From the NCBI GenBank assembly GCA_016192825.1, contig JACPTK010000053.1, positions 2,173 to 66,172 on the forward strand: a stretch of 64,000 nucleotides of DNA, written 5' to 3'. A program made the translations under genes and the position numbers. Source of the stretch: Betaproteobacteria bacterium (GTDB taxonomy: Bacteria; Pseudomonadota; Gammaproteobacteria; Burkholderiales; SG8-41). Each line of letters opens with the position of its first letter. The stretch's first letter is position 1. Shown piece by piece: positions 47,140 to 57,510 of the stretch. The notes beneath the pieces are model-generated. The model searched no databases. It was given only the letters and a program-made list of their open reading frames with translations, and had not been told where the DNA came from.

Positions 47140-48404
47140 GCCTCTTCCTCCTGTTTGGTCGGGGCCGCGCCTTCGCACACGGCGCCGGCGGAGAGCAGTT
47201 GCTCGTAGGCGGCGGCGTTCACGCCGATCTCGGCGAGGAGCAGCCGGTTGTGCTCGCCGAGCCGCGGGGCCGGCGTGCGGATCGAGCCGGGCGTGCCCGA
47301 CAGCCGCGGCACCACGTGGTGCATCGGGAACGCGCCCATGTCGGGGTCGGGATAATCCGCGACCAGCTCGCGCGCGAGCGCGTGCGGGTCCTCGAGGATC
47401 TGCCGGATATCGTAGATCGGTCCGATCGTCACCTCGACCCGCTCGAAAAACGCGACGTTCTCCGCCTGCGTTCGCCGCGCGACGAACGCGCCGATGATGG
47501 CGTCGAGCTCCTCGGGGTGCTTCAGCCGGTCGGCATTGGTGCGGTAGCGCGGGTCCTCGATCAGTTGCGGCCGGCCGATCGAGCGGAACAGGCGCTCGGC
47601 CATTTTCTGCGTGGACGAGGACAGGCAGACGTAGAGGCCGTCGCTGCAGCGGTAGGCGTTGCGCGGGCCGGCGTTGGTCGAGCGGCTGCCCGTGCGCGGC
47701 TTGACCTTGCCGGTCAGGCGGTAGTTGGCGGCCTGGGGCCCGAGCACGGCGAACAGCGGATCGAGCAGCGGCAGATCGATCACCTGGCCGTGGCCGCCGT
47801 TGGTCTCCACTTCGCGCAGCGCGATCATCACGGCGGCGGCGCCGTAGAGGCCCGCCACGGTGTCCGCGAGGTACATCGGCGGCAGCACCGGCTCGCGGTC
47901 GGCGAAGCCGTTGAACGAGGCGAAGCCGGACATGCCCTCGACCAGCGTGCCGAAGCCGGGACGCCGCCTGTAAGGGCCGTCCTGTCCCCAGCCGGAGATG
48001 CGGGCGATGACGAGCTTCGGGTTGATGTGGAGCAGCGCGTCGGGGCCGAGCCCCATCTTCTCGAGCGTGCCGGGACGGAAGCTCTCGACCAGCATCGCCG
48101 CCGAGGGCACCAGCCTCGCGAACAGCTCACGGGCGTCCGGGTTGCGCAGCTCGAGGCCGAGGCTCTTCTTGTTGCGGGCGTAGATCTTCCAGTTGGTCTG
48201 CACGCCCTCGGTCTGCCACGCGCGCAGGGTGTCGCCCGCCGGCGGCTCGACCTTGACCACTTCCGCGCCGAAGTCGCCGAGCACCTGGGTCAGCATGTTG
48301 CCGGCGACGAGGCGGGAGAGGTCGAGCACGCGCACGCCGGCGAGCGGTCCCTTCGCCGACGGATCGTAGGATTTCCGGGGCAATGGCATGGGCGTCATTG
48401 GCAA
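47136..48404 (-). CDS. Family III CoA-transferase
   Basis: 422 aa with PLAGVRVLDLSRLVAGNMLTQVLGDFGAEVVKVE. Confidence 0.85.
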   Translation of the reverse strand: MPMTPMPLPRKSYDPSAKGPLAGVRVLDLSRLVAGNMLTQVLGDFGAEVVKVEPPAGDTLRAWQTEGVQTNWKIYARNKKSLGLELRNPDARELFARLVPSAAMLVESFRPGTLEKMGLGPDALLHINPKLVIARISGWGQDGPYRRRPGFGTLVEGMSGFASFNGFADREPVLPPMYLADTVAGLYGAAAVMIALREVETNGGHGQVIDLPLLDPLFAVLGPQAANYRLTGKVKPRTGSRSTNAGPRNAYRCSDGLYVCLSSSTQKMAERLFRSIGRPQLIEDPRYRTNADRLKHPEELDAIIGAFVARRTQAENVAFFERVEVTIGPIYDIRQILEDPHALARELVADYPDPDMGAFPMHHVVPRLSGTPGSIRTPAPRLGEHNRLLLAEIGVNAAAYEQLLSAGAVCEGAAPTKQEEEA

Positions 48405-48470
48405 TGCCCGATTCCTGTCACGCGACCCTCGCGTACGGAGTGTGGCGGACGAAGACCGTCACCTTCTCCC

Positions 48471-49436
48471 TCATTCGGCCCGGATATTGGCGTCGCGCGC
48501 GACCTTGCGCCAGCGGGTGATCTCGTTGGCGATGAAACGGGTGAACTGCTCGCGCGTCAAGGGGCTGGGCTCGGCGCCTTCGGTGGCGAATTTCTGCTTC
48601 AGCTCGGACGATTGCAGTGCCTTGCCCAGTTCGGAAGCGAGCCGGTCGAGGATCGGGGCCGGCGTCTTTGCCGGCGCCGCGATGCCCCACCAGAATTCGG
48701 CGAAATAGCCGGGCACGCCGGACTCGCTGATCGTCGGCATCTCCGGCATGAACGACGAGCGCTTCTCGCTGCCGACGGCGATCGCCTTCAGCCGCCCGGC
48801 CTTCACCTGGTTCATGGCCGAGGGCAGGCTCGTCATCACCATCTGCGTGTGGCCGCCCATGAGGTCGGTCAGCGCGGGCGCGACGCCTTTGTACGGGATG
48901 TGCACGATCCTGATCGCGGCCATCCGCGCGAAGAGTTCGGTCGCCATGTGGTTGTGGCCGCCGGTGCCGGTCGAGCCGTAATTGATTTGCCCGGGCCTGG
49001 CGCGCGCGAGCGCGATCAGATCCTTGACATTCTTCACCGGCAGCGACGGGTGCACCACCGCGAGCAGCGGTCCCCGCGCCATCATGCCGATGTAGGCGAA
49101 GTCGCCCAGCGGGTCGTAGGCCAGCTTCGCGCGCAACGCCGCGTTGGCGGTGAACGATGCCTGCACGTTCACCAGGGTGTAGCCGTCCGGCGCCGATTTT
49201 GCGACGTGATCCGCGCCGATCATGCCGCCGGCGCCGCCGCGGTTGTCGATGACGACGGGCTGGCCGAGCCCGGGGGTCATGGCCTGCGCGGTGATGCGCG
49301 AGAGCACGTCGTTGCTGCCGCCGGGCGGGTAGGGCACCACCAGCCGCACCGGCTTGGCGGGGTAAGTTTGCGCGCCGGCGCCAGGCACAAGCGCCAGTGC
49401 GCACAGCGCCAGGCACAAGGACCGTAGATTGCTCAT
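48471..49436 (-). CDS. Bug-family (TctC-like) substrate-binding protein
   Basis: 321 aa with a signal peptide. YPAKPVRLVVPYPPGGSND and NYGSTGTGGHNH are Bug motifs. Confidence 0.85.
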   Translation of the reverse strand: MSNLRSLCLALCALALVPGAGAQTYPAKPVRLVVPYPPGGSNDVLSRITAQAMTPGLGQPVVIDNRGGAGGMIGADHVAKSAPDGYTLVNVQASFTANAALRAKLAYDPLGDFAYIGMMARGPLLAVVHPSLPVKNVKDLIALARARPGQINYGSTGTGGHNHMATELFARMAAIRIVHIPYKGVAPALTDLMGGHTQMVMTSLPSAMNQVKAGRLKAIAVGSEKRSSFMPEMPTISESGVPGYFAEFWWGIAAPAKTPAPILDRLASELGKALQSSELKQKFATEGAEPSPLTREQFTRFIANEITRWRKVARDANIRAE

Positions 49437-49601
49437 CGCTTTCCTCCTCGATGTGAGACGAAAAGAAACGTGGAAACGTGAACCCGCGCCACGTTAGTCG
49501 AATATCGCCGGCTCAATGGGGGTTATTCAATAATCGTTCATGCCCGCTTGCAGGCAGTCTTGCTGATAACAGCCTGTCGGAGCGTCCAGCCCGACAGGCT
49601 G

Positions 49602-50405
49602 TTATCGGTGCTCGGCGCCGCTCGTGAGCTGGCGCTCGATCTGGCGCGACTCGCTCTTCAGCAGCAGGGCGACCTCGGTCGCGCGCTTGTCGTTCATCCG
49701 GCTGGTGATGGTGGAAACCGACAGCGCCGCGAATGCGATGCCGCTCTGGTTGCGCAGCGGCTGGCCCACGGAGCGGACGCCGGCGAGCCCCGGCACCTCG
49801 CGCATGGCGTAGCCCAGCTTCTGCGAGCGCTTGACCTGCGTGAGGAGCGCGTTGGGGTTGAGGCCGTATTCGGGCAGGCGCACCGCGTTGGCGCCGACGA
49901 CCTTCTGGATCTCGTCCTCCGGCAGCGCCGAGAGGATCGCGAGCGAGCCGGTGCCCACGCCGAGCGGGCGCCGCATGCCGATCTCCAGCGTAAAGGTCTT
50001 GATCGGGAACGCGCCTTCGCGCCGGTCGAGGCACACCGAGTCGAGCCCGCTGCGCTGGGTGAGGAACACCGTGTCGCCAGTGGCCTCGGCAATGCGCGTC
50101 AGCGCCGGGTGGCAGATCTCCCTCAGGTTGAAGCGCGGCGTGGCGGTGAGGCCGAGCTCGAACACCATCGGCCCGAGAAAATAGCGGTGCGTGTCCGGGT
50201 CCTGCTGCACCACGCTTTCCGTGGCGAGGCATTTCAGCATCCGGTGCACCGTCGGGCGCTGCAGCCCGGTGCGCGTGGCGAGGTCGAGCAACCGCGATCC
50301 GCCGCGGTTGTGCGCGGCGATCTCGCGCAGCAGCGTGAGCGCCCGCTCGATGCTCTGGGTGCCGGTGAGGCGGCTGCCATCCCCGGCTTCGGTTTTGCGT
50401 GGCAT
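49602..50405 (-). CDS. IclR-family transcriptional regulator
   Basis: 267 aa. It has the N-terminal wHTH (SIERALTLLREIA...LLDLATRTGLQRPTVHRML) and an IclR effector domain. Confidence 0.85.
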   Translation of the reverse strand: MPRKTEAGDGSRLTGTQSIERALTLLREIAAHNRGGSRLLDLATRTGLQRPTVHRMLKCLATESVVQQDPDTHRYFLGPMVFELGLTATPRFNLREICHPALTRIAEATGDTVFLTQRSGLDSVCLDRREGAFPIKTFTLEIGMRRPLGVGTGSLAILSALPEDEIQKVVGANAVRLPEYGLNPNALLTQVKRSQKLGYAMREVPGLAGVRSVGQPLRNQSGIAFAALSVSTITSRMNDKRATEVALLLKSESRQIERQLTSGAEHR

Positions 50406-50415
50406 AAACGGTCGA

Positions 50416-50491
50416 GTCCGAATCGTGAACGAGGCAGGATTATGCCATCAGTCCCGTGCGGCATGAATCCACAAGTCCGGATCGTGAACGA
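50416..50491. promoter_or_regulatory. Two direct 17-bp repeats GTCCGRATCGTGAACGA in the iclR-prpB spacer (candidate operator)
   Basis: Copies lie at 50416-50432 and 50475-50491 and match at 16 of 17 positions. They bracket a CATAAT-containing 17-mer that recurs at 44186-44202. Confidence 0.35.
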
Positions 50492-50632
50492 ATCTGAAAG
50501 GGGCCGACCCAGCCGGTTCTGGCAAGGCGGGCTGTACTATGCTAACTTTGCCCCATATTCTGGACGCCTCGCAGCCTGTCAAATCATGGACTTCGGGGTC
50601 CGCCCCGCGAACGCTCCCGCCTGAGAACCCCC

Positions 50633-51547
50633 ATGCCCGAACCCACCGCTTCCGCCGCCCGAACCGCCTCCGCCGGCGCGCGCTTTCGCGCCGCGCTCGC
50701 CGAGGAGCGCCCGCTGCAGATCATCGGGACCATCAACGCCTACCACGCGCGCCTGGCCGAGCGCGTCGGCTATCGCGCCATTTACCTGTCCGGAGGCGGG
50801 GTGGCGGCCGGCTCGCTGGGCGTGCCCGACCTCGGCATCAGCGGGCTCGACGACGTGCTGACCGACGTCCGCCGCATCACCGATGCGTGCCCGCTGCCGT
50901 TGCTGGTGGACGTGGATACCGGGTTCGGGGCCAGCGCGTTCAACATCGCGCGCACGGTGAAGTCCCTCGTCAAGTTCGGCGCCGCGGCGATGCACATCGA
51001 GGACCAGGTCGGCGCCAAGCGCTGCGGCCACCGCCCCAACAAGGAGCTGGTGTCGCGGCAGGAGATGGTGGACCGCATCAAGGCGGCGGCGGACGCCAGG
51101 ACCGACTCCGCGTTCGTGGTGATCGCGCGCACCGATGCGCTGGCGGTGGAGGGCCTGCAGGCGGCGGTTGACCGCGCCTGCGCCTGCGTCGAGGCCGGCG
51201 CCGACATGATCTTCCCCGAGGCGATCACCGAGCTTGCCATGTACCGGAAGTTCGCCGCCGCGGTGAAAGTGCCGATCCTCGCCAACATCACCGAATTCGG
51301 CCAGACGCCGCTGTTCACGGTGGACGAGCTGCGCGGCGCCAACGTGGCGATGGTGCTCTACCCATTGTCGGCGTTCCGCGCGATGAACGCGGCGGCGCTG
51401 CGCGTCTATCAGGCGGTCCGCAAGGACGGAACGCAAAAAGGGGTGGTGGAGCTGATGCAGACGCGGGACGATCTCTACGATTACCTCGGCTACCACGCTT
51501 ACGAACGAAAGCTCGACGAGCTGTTTGCCCGCGGCAGGAAGGCCTGA
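50633..51547 (+). CDS. prpB: PEP-mutase/isocitrate-lyase superfamily enzyme, 2-methylisocitrate lyase-like
   Basis: 304 aa. [28 protein letters not shown] and [13 protein letters not shown] are PrpB-type motifs. Confidence 0.7.
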   Translation: MPEPTASAARTASAGARFRAALAEERPLQIIGTINAYHARLAERVGYRAIYLSGGGVAAGSLGVPDLGISGLDDVLTDVRRITDACPLPLLVDVDTGFGASAFNIARTVKSLVKFGAAAMHIEDQVGAKRCGHRPNKELVSRQEMVDRIKAAADARTDSAFVVIARTDALAVEGLQAAVDRACACVEAGADMIFPEAITELAMYRKFAAAVKVPILANITEFGQTPLFTVDELRGANVAMVLYPLSAFRAMNAAALRVYQAVRKDGTQKGVVELMQTRDDLYDYLGYHAYERKLDELFARGRKA

Positions 51548-51704
51548 AGCCACGCGATACGGGGTGCCGGATGCGGCACGGGTGATGCGGGAAGGCTAAC
51601 CCCATCACCCCCCACAAACTGCGAGGCACGAATTCCGTATCCCGCGTCGCAGATCGTGCGTTAGGCCCTATAATAAAGGCCTATTTTTCACGGCCTTGCG
51701 CCCG

Positions 51705-52958
51705 ATGCAGCTGTTCGCCTTCGGCATCAACCACCAGACCGCGCCGCTCTCGGTGCGCGAGCAGGTGGTATTTCACGCCGAAAACCTGGTCGGCGCGCTG
51801 CGCGAGCTGGTGGACCACCGCCCGGTCAAGGAGGCGGCGATCATCTCCACCTGCAACCGCACCGAGATCTACTGCTCGACCGCCGAGCCACATGCGGCGG
51901 TGGACTGGATGGCCGGCTACCACCACCTCAGGCCCCAGCAGATCGAGCCCTACCTCTACCGGCTGCCGCAGGAGCGCGCGGTGAAACACGCCTTCCGGGT
52001 GGCGAGCGGCCTGGATTCGATGGTGCTCGGCGAGCCGCAGATCCTGGGTCAGTTCAAGCAGGCGGTGCGCACCGCCCAGGCGGCCGGGACGCTGGGCCTG
52101 CTGCTCAACAAGCTGTTCCAGCGCACCTTCGCGGTGGCGAAGACGGTGCGCTCCGAGACCGAGATCGGCGCCGCGACGGTCTCGACGGCCTCCGCCGCCG
52201 TCGGCCTCGCGCAGCGCATCTACCCCACGGTCGCCGAGCAGAGCGTGCTCTTCATCGGGGCGGGCGAGATGATCGAGCTCACCGCAACCCATTTCGCGGC
52301 CCAGCATCCCCGGCGGCTCACGTTCGCCAACCGCACGCTCGAGCGCGCGCAGGGCCTCGCCGACCGCTTCCTCGGCCGAGCCATCACGCTGAACGACCTG
52401 CCCTCGCAGCTCGCCTCCCACGATATCGTCGTGAGCTCGACGGCGAGCACCCTGCCGATCATCGGCAAGGGACTGGTGGAAAGCGCGCTGCGCGCGCGCA
52501 AGCACCGCCCGATTCTGATGTTCGACCTTGCCGTCCCGCGCGACATCGAAGGCGAAGTCGGCGCGCTGGACGACGTCTTCCTCTACACCGTGGACGACCT
52601 CGGCAAGATCGCGCGCGAAGGCATGGACGTGCGCAGCAACGCGGTGGCGCAGGCCGAGGTGATCATCGAGAACCAGGTCACCGATTTCATGCACTGGCTC
52701 GGCAACCGCGAGCTGGTGCCGACGATACGCGCCCTGCGCGATTCGGCCGAGCGCGCGCGGCGCCACGAAATGGAGCGCGCCCTGCGGCGCCTGGCGAAAG
52801 GCGAGGATCCGAAAGCGGTCCTGGAGCAGCTCTCGCACGCACTCGCCGCCAAGCTGCTGCACGCGCCGACCCACGCGCTTTCGCACGCGCGCGACGAAGA
52901 GCGCGAGGCGCTGGCGCAGCTGCTGACCCGCCTCTACCAGATCCCGCGGCCGGAATGA
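51705..52958 (+). CDS. hemA: Glutamyl-tRNA reductase
   Basis: [19 protein letters not shown]..., with STCNRTEIY. The ORF track starts 9 nt earlier at a TTG. Confidence 0.9.
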   Translation: MQLFAFGINHQTAPLSVREQVVFHAENLVGALRELVDHRPVKEAAIISTCNRTEIYCSTAEPHAAVDWMAGYHHLRPQQIEPYLYRLPQERAVKHAFRVASGLDSMVLGEPQILGQFKQAVRTAQAAGTLGLLLNKLFQRTFAVAKTVRSETEIGAATVSTASAAVGLAQRIYPTVAEQSVLFIGAGEMIELTATHFAAQHPRRLTFANRTLERAQGLADRFLGRAITLNDLPSQLASHDIVVSSTASTLPIIGKGLVESALRARKHRPILMFDLAVPRDIEGEVGALDDVFLYTVDDLGKIAREGMDVRSNAVAQAEVIIENQVTDFMHWLGNRELVPTIRALRDSAERARRHEMERALRRLAKGEDPKAVLEQLSHALAAKLLHAPTHALSHARDEEREALAQLLTRLYQIPRPE

Positions 52959-52983
52959 GCGCAAGCCGGGGCGCGAACTGCCG

Positions 52984-54075
52984 ATGAAGCCCAGCATTGC
53001 GGTGAAGCTCGCGCAGCTCTCGGGCCGCCTCGAGGAAATCAGCCGGCTGCTCGCCTCCGAGAACGCGACCGCCGACCTCGACCAGTACCGCAAGCTCGCC
53101 CGCGAGCATGCCGAGATCGCGCCGGTGGTCGAGCTCTACCAGCATTACGTGAAGGGCGAGGCCGACATCCAGGCGGCGCAGGAAATGAGCGGGGATCCCG
53201 CGATGCGCGAGTTCGCCGAGTCCGAGATCAGGCAGACCCGGGAGCGGCTCGCGGGCATCGAGGCCGAGCTGCAGAAGAAGCTGCTGCCCAGGGACCCCAA
53301 TGACGAGCGCAATATCTTTCTCGAGGTGCGCGCCGGCACCGGGGGGAACGAATCCGCGCTGTTCGCGGGCGAGCTGTTCCGCCTGTACTCGCGCTACGCG
53401 GAGCGCAACCGCTGGCAGGTCGAGGTGATCTCGCAGAGCCCCTCGGACCTTGGCGGTTACAGGGAGATCATCGCCAAGATCTCGGGGCCGGGTGCGTATT
53501 CCCGCCTCAAGTTCGAGTCGGGCGGGCACCGCGTGCAGCGCGTGCCGGTGACCGAAACCCAGGGCCGGATCCACACTTCCGCCTGCACCGTGGCGGTGAT
53601 GCCGGAGGCCGACGAGATCGCCGACGTGGTGTTGAGTCCCGCGGAACTGCGCATCGACACCTACCGTGCCTCCGGGGCGGGCGGACAGCACGTCAACAAG
53701 ACCGAGTCGGCGGTGCGCGTCACGCACCTGCCCACCGGCATCGTGGCGGAGTGCCAGGACGACCGCTCGCAGCACAAGAACCGGGCGCGGGCGCTCGCCA
53801 TTCTCGCGGCGCGCATCAAGGACGTGCAGACGCGCGAGCAGCAGGCGAAAACGGCGGCCACGCGCAAATCCCTCATCGGCAGCGGCGACCGCTCCGAGCG
53901 CATTCGCACCTACAACTTCCCGCAGGGGCGGGTGACCGACCACCGCATCAATCTCACGCTCTACAAGATCGACCGGGTCATGGACGGCGAGCTCGACGAG
54001 TTGATCGCGGCGCTGACGACCGAGCACCAGACCGAGCAGCTCGCCCAGCTCGCCGAAGAGACGCAGCCGGCGTAA
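52984..54075 (+). CDS. prfA: Peptide chain release factor 1
   Basis: 363 aa with the PVT tripeptide ([10 protein letters not shown]) and GGQ ([13 protein letters not shown]). Confidence 0.95.
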   Translation: MKPSIAVKLAQLSGRLEEISRLLASENATADLDQYRKLAREHAEIAPVVELYQHYVKGEADIQAAQEMSGDPAMREFAESEIRQTRERLAGIEAELQKKLLPRDPNDERNIFLEVRAGTGGNESALFAGELFRLYSRYAERNRWQVEVISQSPSDLGGYREIIAKISGPGAYSRLKFESGGHRVQRVPVTETQGRIHTSACTVAVMPEADEIADVVLSPAELRIDTYRASGAGGQHVNKTESAVRVTHLPTGIVAECQDDRSQHKNRARALAILAARIKDVQTREQQAKTAATRKSLIGSGDRSERIRTYNFPQGRVTDHRINLTLYKIDRVMDGELDELIAALTTEHQTEQLAQLAEETQPA

Positions 54076-54321
54076 GCCCGGCCGCGCGCCGCACGTGGCG
54101 TCCCCGCCCGAAGCCAGCCTGCACGCCGTCGCCGCGCTGTCCGCGGGCGCTTTCGGCGCAGCGTTAGTGATTACTCACTCCGGCTTGAAGCATCTGGATG
54201 CCATGAGCGGAGCGAAGGTGAGTATCCCAATGGCGACCCTGCTCACTTTCGAGGCCAACCGGCGTCTCGGTCCGACCGTGGCGGGCGCCCCCATGCTATT
54301 GGCGCGCGGGTAGGGGCGCGC

Positions 54322-55137
54322 ATGACCGCAAGCATTGCCGAGTTGTTGCGGGCGGCGGGCATCGCGCTCGTTGACGCGCGCGCGCTGCTGCGCGCGGCGC
54401 TGGGAGTCGATGACGCCTATCTCGCAGCACATTCCGAGCGGGTGCCGGGCGCCGAGGAATGCGAACGTTATTCCGGATTGCTGGAGCGGCGCTGCGCTGG
54501 CGAGCCGGTCGCCTATCTCACCGGCGAGCGCGAGTTCTACAGCCTGGCCTTCAAGGTGACGCCCGCGGTGCTGATCCCGCGGCCGGAGACGGAACTGCTG
54601 GTGGAGATCGCGCTCGAGAAGATCCCGCCGGACGCGCCGCGCCGCGTGCTCGATCTCGCCACCGGCAGCGGCTGCGTGTCGATTGCGATAGCGAAGCATC
54701 GGCCGCGCGCGCGGGTGGTCGCCACCGAAATCGATCGCGCGGCGCTCGACGTCGCGCGCGAGAACGCGCGCCGCCACGCGGCGCGGAATGTGGAGTTCGT
54801 CGAGAGCGACTGGTTCGGCGCGCTCGGCGCGGCGCGCTTCGACGTCATCGTGGCAAACCCGCCGTACATCGCCGCCGGCGACCCGCATCTCGAAGAAGGC
54901 GACCTCTGGTTCGAGCCGCGGCGCGCGCTGGTGGCGGGACCGAGCGGCCTCGAGTGCATCGGTCCGGTCATCGCGCGCGCGCATGCGCACCTCGTCGCGG
55001 GTGGGTGGCTCCTGTTCGAGCACGGCCATGATCAGGCCGCGCGGTGCCGGGCGCTGCTGGAACGCATTGGGTTCCAGCAGGTTGCTTCGTGGCGTGATCT
55101 CGCCGGCATCGAGCGGGTCAGCGGCGGGCAGGTTTGA
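54322..55137 (+). CDS. prmC: Release-factor glutamine N5-methyltransferase
   Basis: 271 aa with LDLATGSGCV and NPPY motifs. It lies downstream of prfA. Confidence 0.9.
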   Translation: MTASIAELLRAAGIALVDARALLRAALGVDDAYLAAHSERVPGAEECERYSGLLERRCAGEPVAYLTGEREFYSLAFKVTPAVLIPRPETELLVEIALEKIPPDAPRRVLDLATGSGCVSIAIAKHRPRARVVATEIDRAALDVARENARRHAARNVEFVESDWFGALGAARFDVIVANPPYIAAGDPHLEEGDLWFEPRRALVAGPSGLECIGPVIARAHAHLVAGGWLLFEHGHDQAARCRALLERIGFQQVASWRDLAGIERVSGGQV

Positions 55138-55200
55138 CGAATTGGCCGGCGAGGCGTTAAACTCATGTCCGAGTAATTTGCTCAGGTATATGGAGAAATC

Positions 55201-55518
55201 ATGGCTATTCAGGATGTTATAAAAGGACAGGTGACGCAAAATCGCGTCGTACTGTACATGAAAGGCTCGCCGGATTTTCCGCAGTGCGGTTTTTCCGCCA
55301 ACGCGGTGCAGATCCTGCGCGCCTGCGGCGTGGAAGACTTCGCGTCGGTCAACGTGCTGGAGAACCCGGAGATTCGCCAGGGCATCAAGGAGTACGCCAA
55401 CTGGCCGACCATCCCGCAGCTTTATATCAACGGCGAGTTCGTCGGCGGCTCCGACATCATGACCGAGATGTTCAGGAGCGGCGAGCTGAAGAAACTGCTG
55501 GAAAAGACCGCCGCCTGA
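55201..55518 (+). CDS. grxD: Monothiol glutaredoxin (Grx4 family)
   Basis: 105 aa with the CGFS active site (FPQCGFSANAV). Confidence 0.9.
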   Translation: MAIQDVIKGQVTQNRVVLYMKGSPDFPQCGFSANAVQILRACGVEDFASVNVLENPEIRQGIKEYANWPTIPQLYINGEFVGGSDIMTEMFRSGELKKLLEKTAA

Positions 55519-55610
55519 GCAGCGCGCGCCTCACGCATAACGGCCGGCATATTGCCGGCCGTTATGTATCGGAGGTCGAAAACAAGATTGGACAGGATTA
55601 ACTTGTTCTT

Positions 55611-56381
55611 TCAAGCGAAGCGCGAGTAGGCGTACTGCGCCAGCAGCACCAGCGCAATGACGAACAGCGCCCGCTTCACCCAGACGCGGAAGGTCTGCGC
55701 GTCGATGCGATGCCGCACGCGCACGCCGATGAGCGAACCGGCCGCGCCGATCGCCACGAACGGCAGCGTGGCCAGCCACTCGTCCATGCCGACGCCGCCG
55801 CGGCTGGTGAGCACCGTGAACTGCGTCGCCTTGCCCACGAAAAAGCAGATGTTGAGCGCCTGCACCAGCATCACCGGCGACAGGCCCAGCGCCAGGTAGA
55901 AGATGATCAGCGGCGGCGCGGCGATGTTGGCCGTGCCCTCGAAGATTCCCGCGGTGAATCCCGGCAGCGGAGCAAATCTCCGCTCATTGCGTTTGACTAC
56001 CGGCCAATTGGCCCGGCCCACCCGGTCGAGGTTGAGGTAAACGAGCGTCATCAGCGCCAGCACGAGCGTGTAAGGCACGTCCGGTGCCGACACGAACAGC
56101 CAGGTGCCGAGGGCCGATCCGGCTGCGGCATAGACCGGCATCATCCAGAAGCGCCCGAGGGTCGCGCGCAGCGACCCGCTCGCAAACAGCGCCACGGCGA
56201 TGGTCGCGAGGGTTGGCAGCAGCACGGCGATGACTGCGGTCCGCATGTCCGTGACCATGGCGATGAGCGGCGTTGCTATGAAAGGAAAGCCGAATCCCAG
56301 CGCGCCCTGGCTGAGTCCGGCGAGCAGGATGACGATCGCCATCCAGGCGAGCAGTCCCGCGGAAAGCGTATCAAGAGGCAT
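55611..56381 (-). CDS. TauE/SafE-family sulfite/anion exporter
   Basis: 256 aa, polytopic, with repeated G-rich TM motifs (GALGFGFPFI..., PPLIIFYLALG). Confidence 0.75.
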   Translation of the reverse strand: MPLDTLSAGLLAWMAIVILLAGLSQGALGFGFPFIATPLIAMVTDMRTAVIAVLLPTLATIAVALFASGSLRATLGRFWMMPVYAAAGSALGTWLFVSAPDVPYTLVLALMTLVYLNLDRVGRANWPVVKRNERRFAPLPGFTAGIFEGTANIAAPPLIIFYLALGLSPVMLVQALNICFFVGKATQFTVLTSRGGVGMDEWLATLPFVAIGAAGSLIGVRVRHRIDAQTFRVWVKRALFVIALVLLAQYAYSRFA

Positions 56382-56591
56382 CGCTTAGCCGCACGCGTTC
56401 GGCATGACCGAGGCAATGGAACGATGGGCAATGCAGGATGGAACCCAGGGGTCTCTCGAGGCGGGAGGCTTCATGCAGGCTTCGCAGTTTAGCAAAACGC
56501 GGGACCGCGCCGCGCTTCGCCTTGCCCATTTGTCATGACGGCGCGATTGCACTAGGATGGGTTTTGTCATTTCTCACCCTGGAGCGCCACC

Positions 56592-57308
56592 ATGAACGAG
56601 GGCACGGTCAGCGGGCGCGCCGTCGGCGCCGGCCAGGGCTGGACCTGGATCGCGGACGGATTCGGCTTGTTCCGGAAAAATCCGGGCATGTGGATCGCGC
56701 TGATCCTGGTGCTGGGCGTCATCCTGATCGTGCTCAGCGTCATACCCGTTATCGGCGCGGTCGCCACCCTGCTGCTGCTGCCGGTCTTCAGCGGCGGCTT
56801 GATGCTCGGCTGCCAGGCGCTGCAGCGCGACGGCGCACTCGAAATGGGCCACTTGTTCGCCGGTTTCAAGACCCAGACGCGCAGCCTGATCGTGCTCGGC
56901 GCGCTGAGCCTCGCCGCGTGGGTCATCGTCGTGCTTCCTGCGCTGCTGATCGTGGGCGGCGGCGCTTTCTTCGGCGCGATGCGGGGCGACGTCGCCGGCA
57001 TCGGGACGATCGGCGCGAGTTTCGTGCTGGCGATGCTCGTCGTGCTGGGGTTGAGCGTGCCCGTTTACATGGCCCTGTGGTTTGCGCCCGCGCTGGTGGT
57101 GCTGCGGGGGCTCGCCCCGCTCGAGGCGATCAAGCGGAGCTTCGCCGGCTGCCTGAAGAACATCGTCCCGTTTCTGGTCTATGGCATCGTGATGCTGGTG
57201 CTGGGCATCCTGGCAACGATCCCGCTGGCGCTCGGATGGCTGGTCCTCGGCCCGGTCCTCGTGGGGTCGGTCTATGTGGCCTATCGCGATATCTACGGCG
57301 ATGCGTGA
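56592..57308 (+). CDS. Integral membrane protein of unknown function
   Basis: 238 aa with about 5 hydrophobic segments. WTWIADGFGLFRKNPGMW is the N-terminal motif. Confidence 0.6.
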   Translation: MNEGTVSGRAVGAGQGWTWIADGFGLFRKNPGMWIALILVLGVILIVLSVIPVIGAVATLLLLPVFSGGLMLGCQALQRDGALEMGHLFAGFKTQTRSLIVLGALSLAAWVIVVLPALLIVGGGAFFGAMRGDVAGIGTIGASFVLAMLVVLGLSVPVYMALWFAPALVVLRGLAPLEAIKRSFAGCLKNIVPFLVYGIVMLVLGILATIPLALGWLVLGPVLVGSVYVAYRDIYGDA

Positions 57309-57510
57309 GTCCCGCGCCGGCGCGTATCGATGCCTGGCAACGCGGGTCAGCCCACACCGTGCCGCAGGCGCCCTCTTTTTAGTCTTAGATACGCGTTAAT
57401 ACAGCTACTTAATGACGTTAATGAAAGCGCTTGCAGCGCTTTCATCAGGGGGTATAATGGCCGCTCCGGCCGCCCCCCCGCGGCCCGATCGTCTTGCACA
57501 GGAGATGCCG

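Noticed and set aside
54095-54313. 72-aa ORF in the prfA-prmC spacer with a faint membrane-transporter-like stretch
   Set aside because: No RBS and no recognisable motif. The spacer may hold a relic, but I cannot support a gene call.
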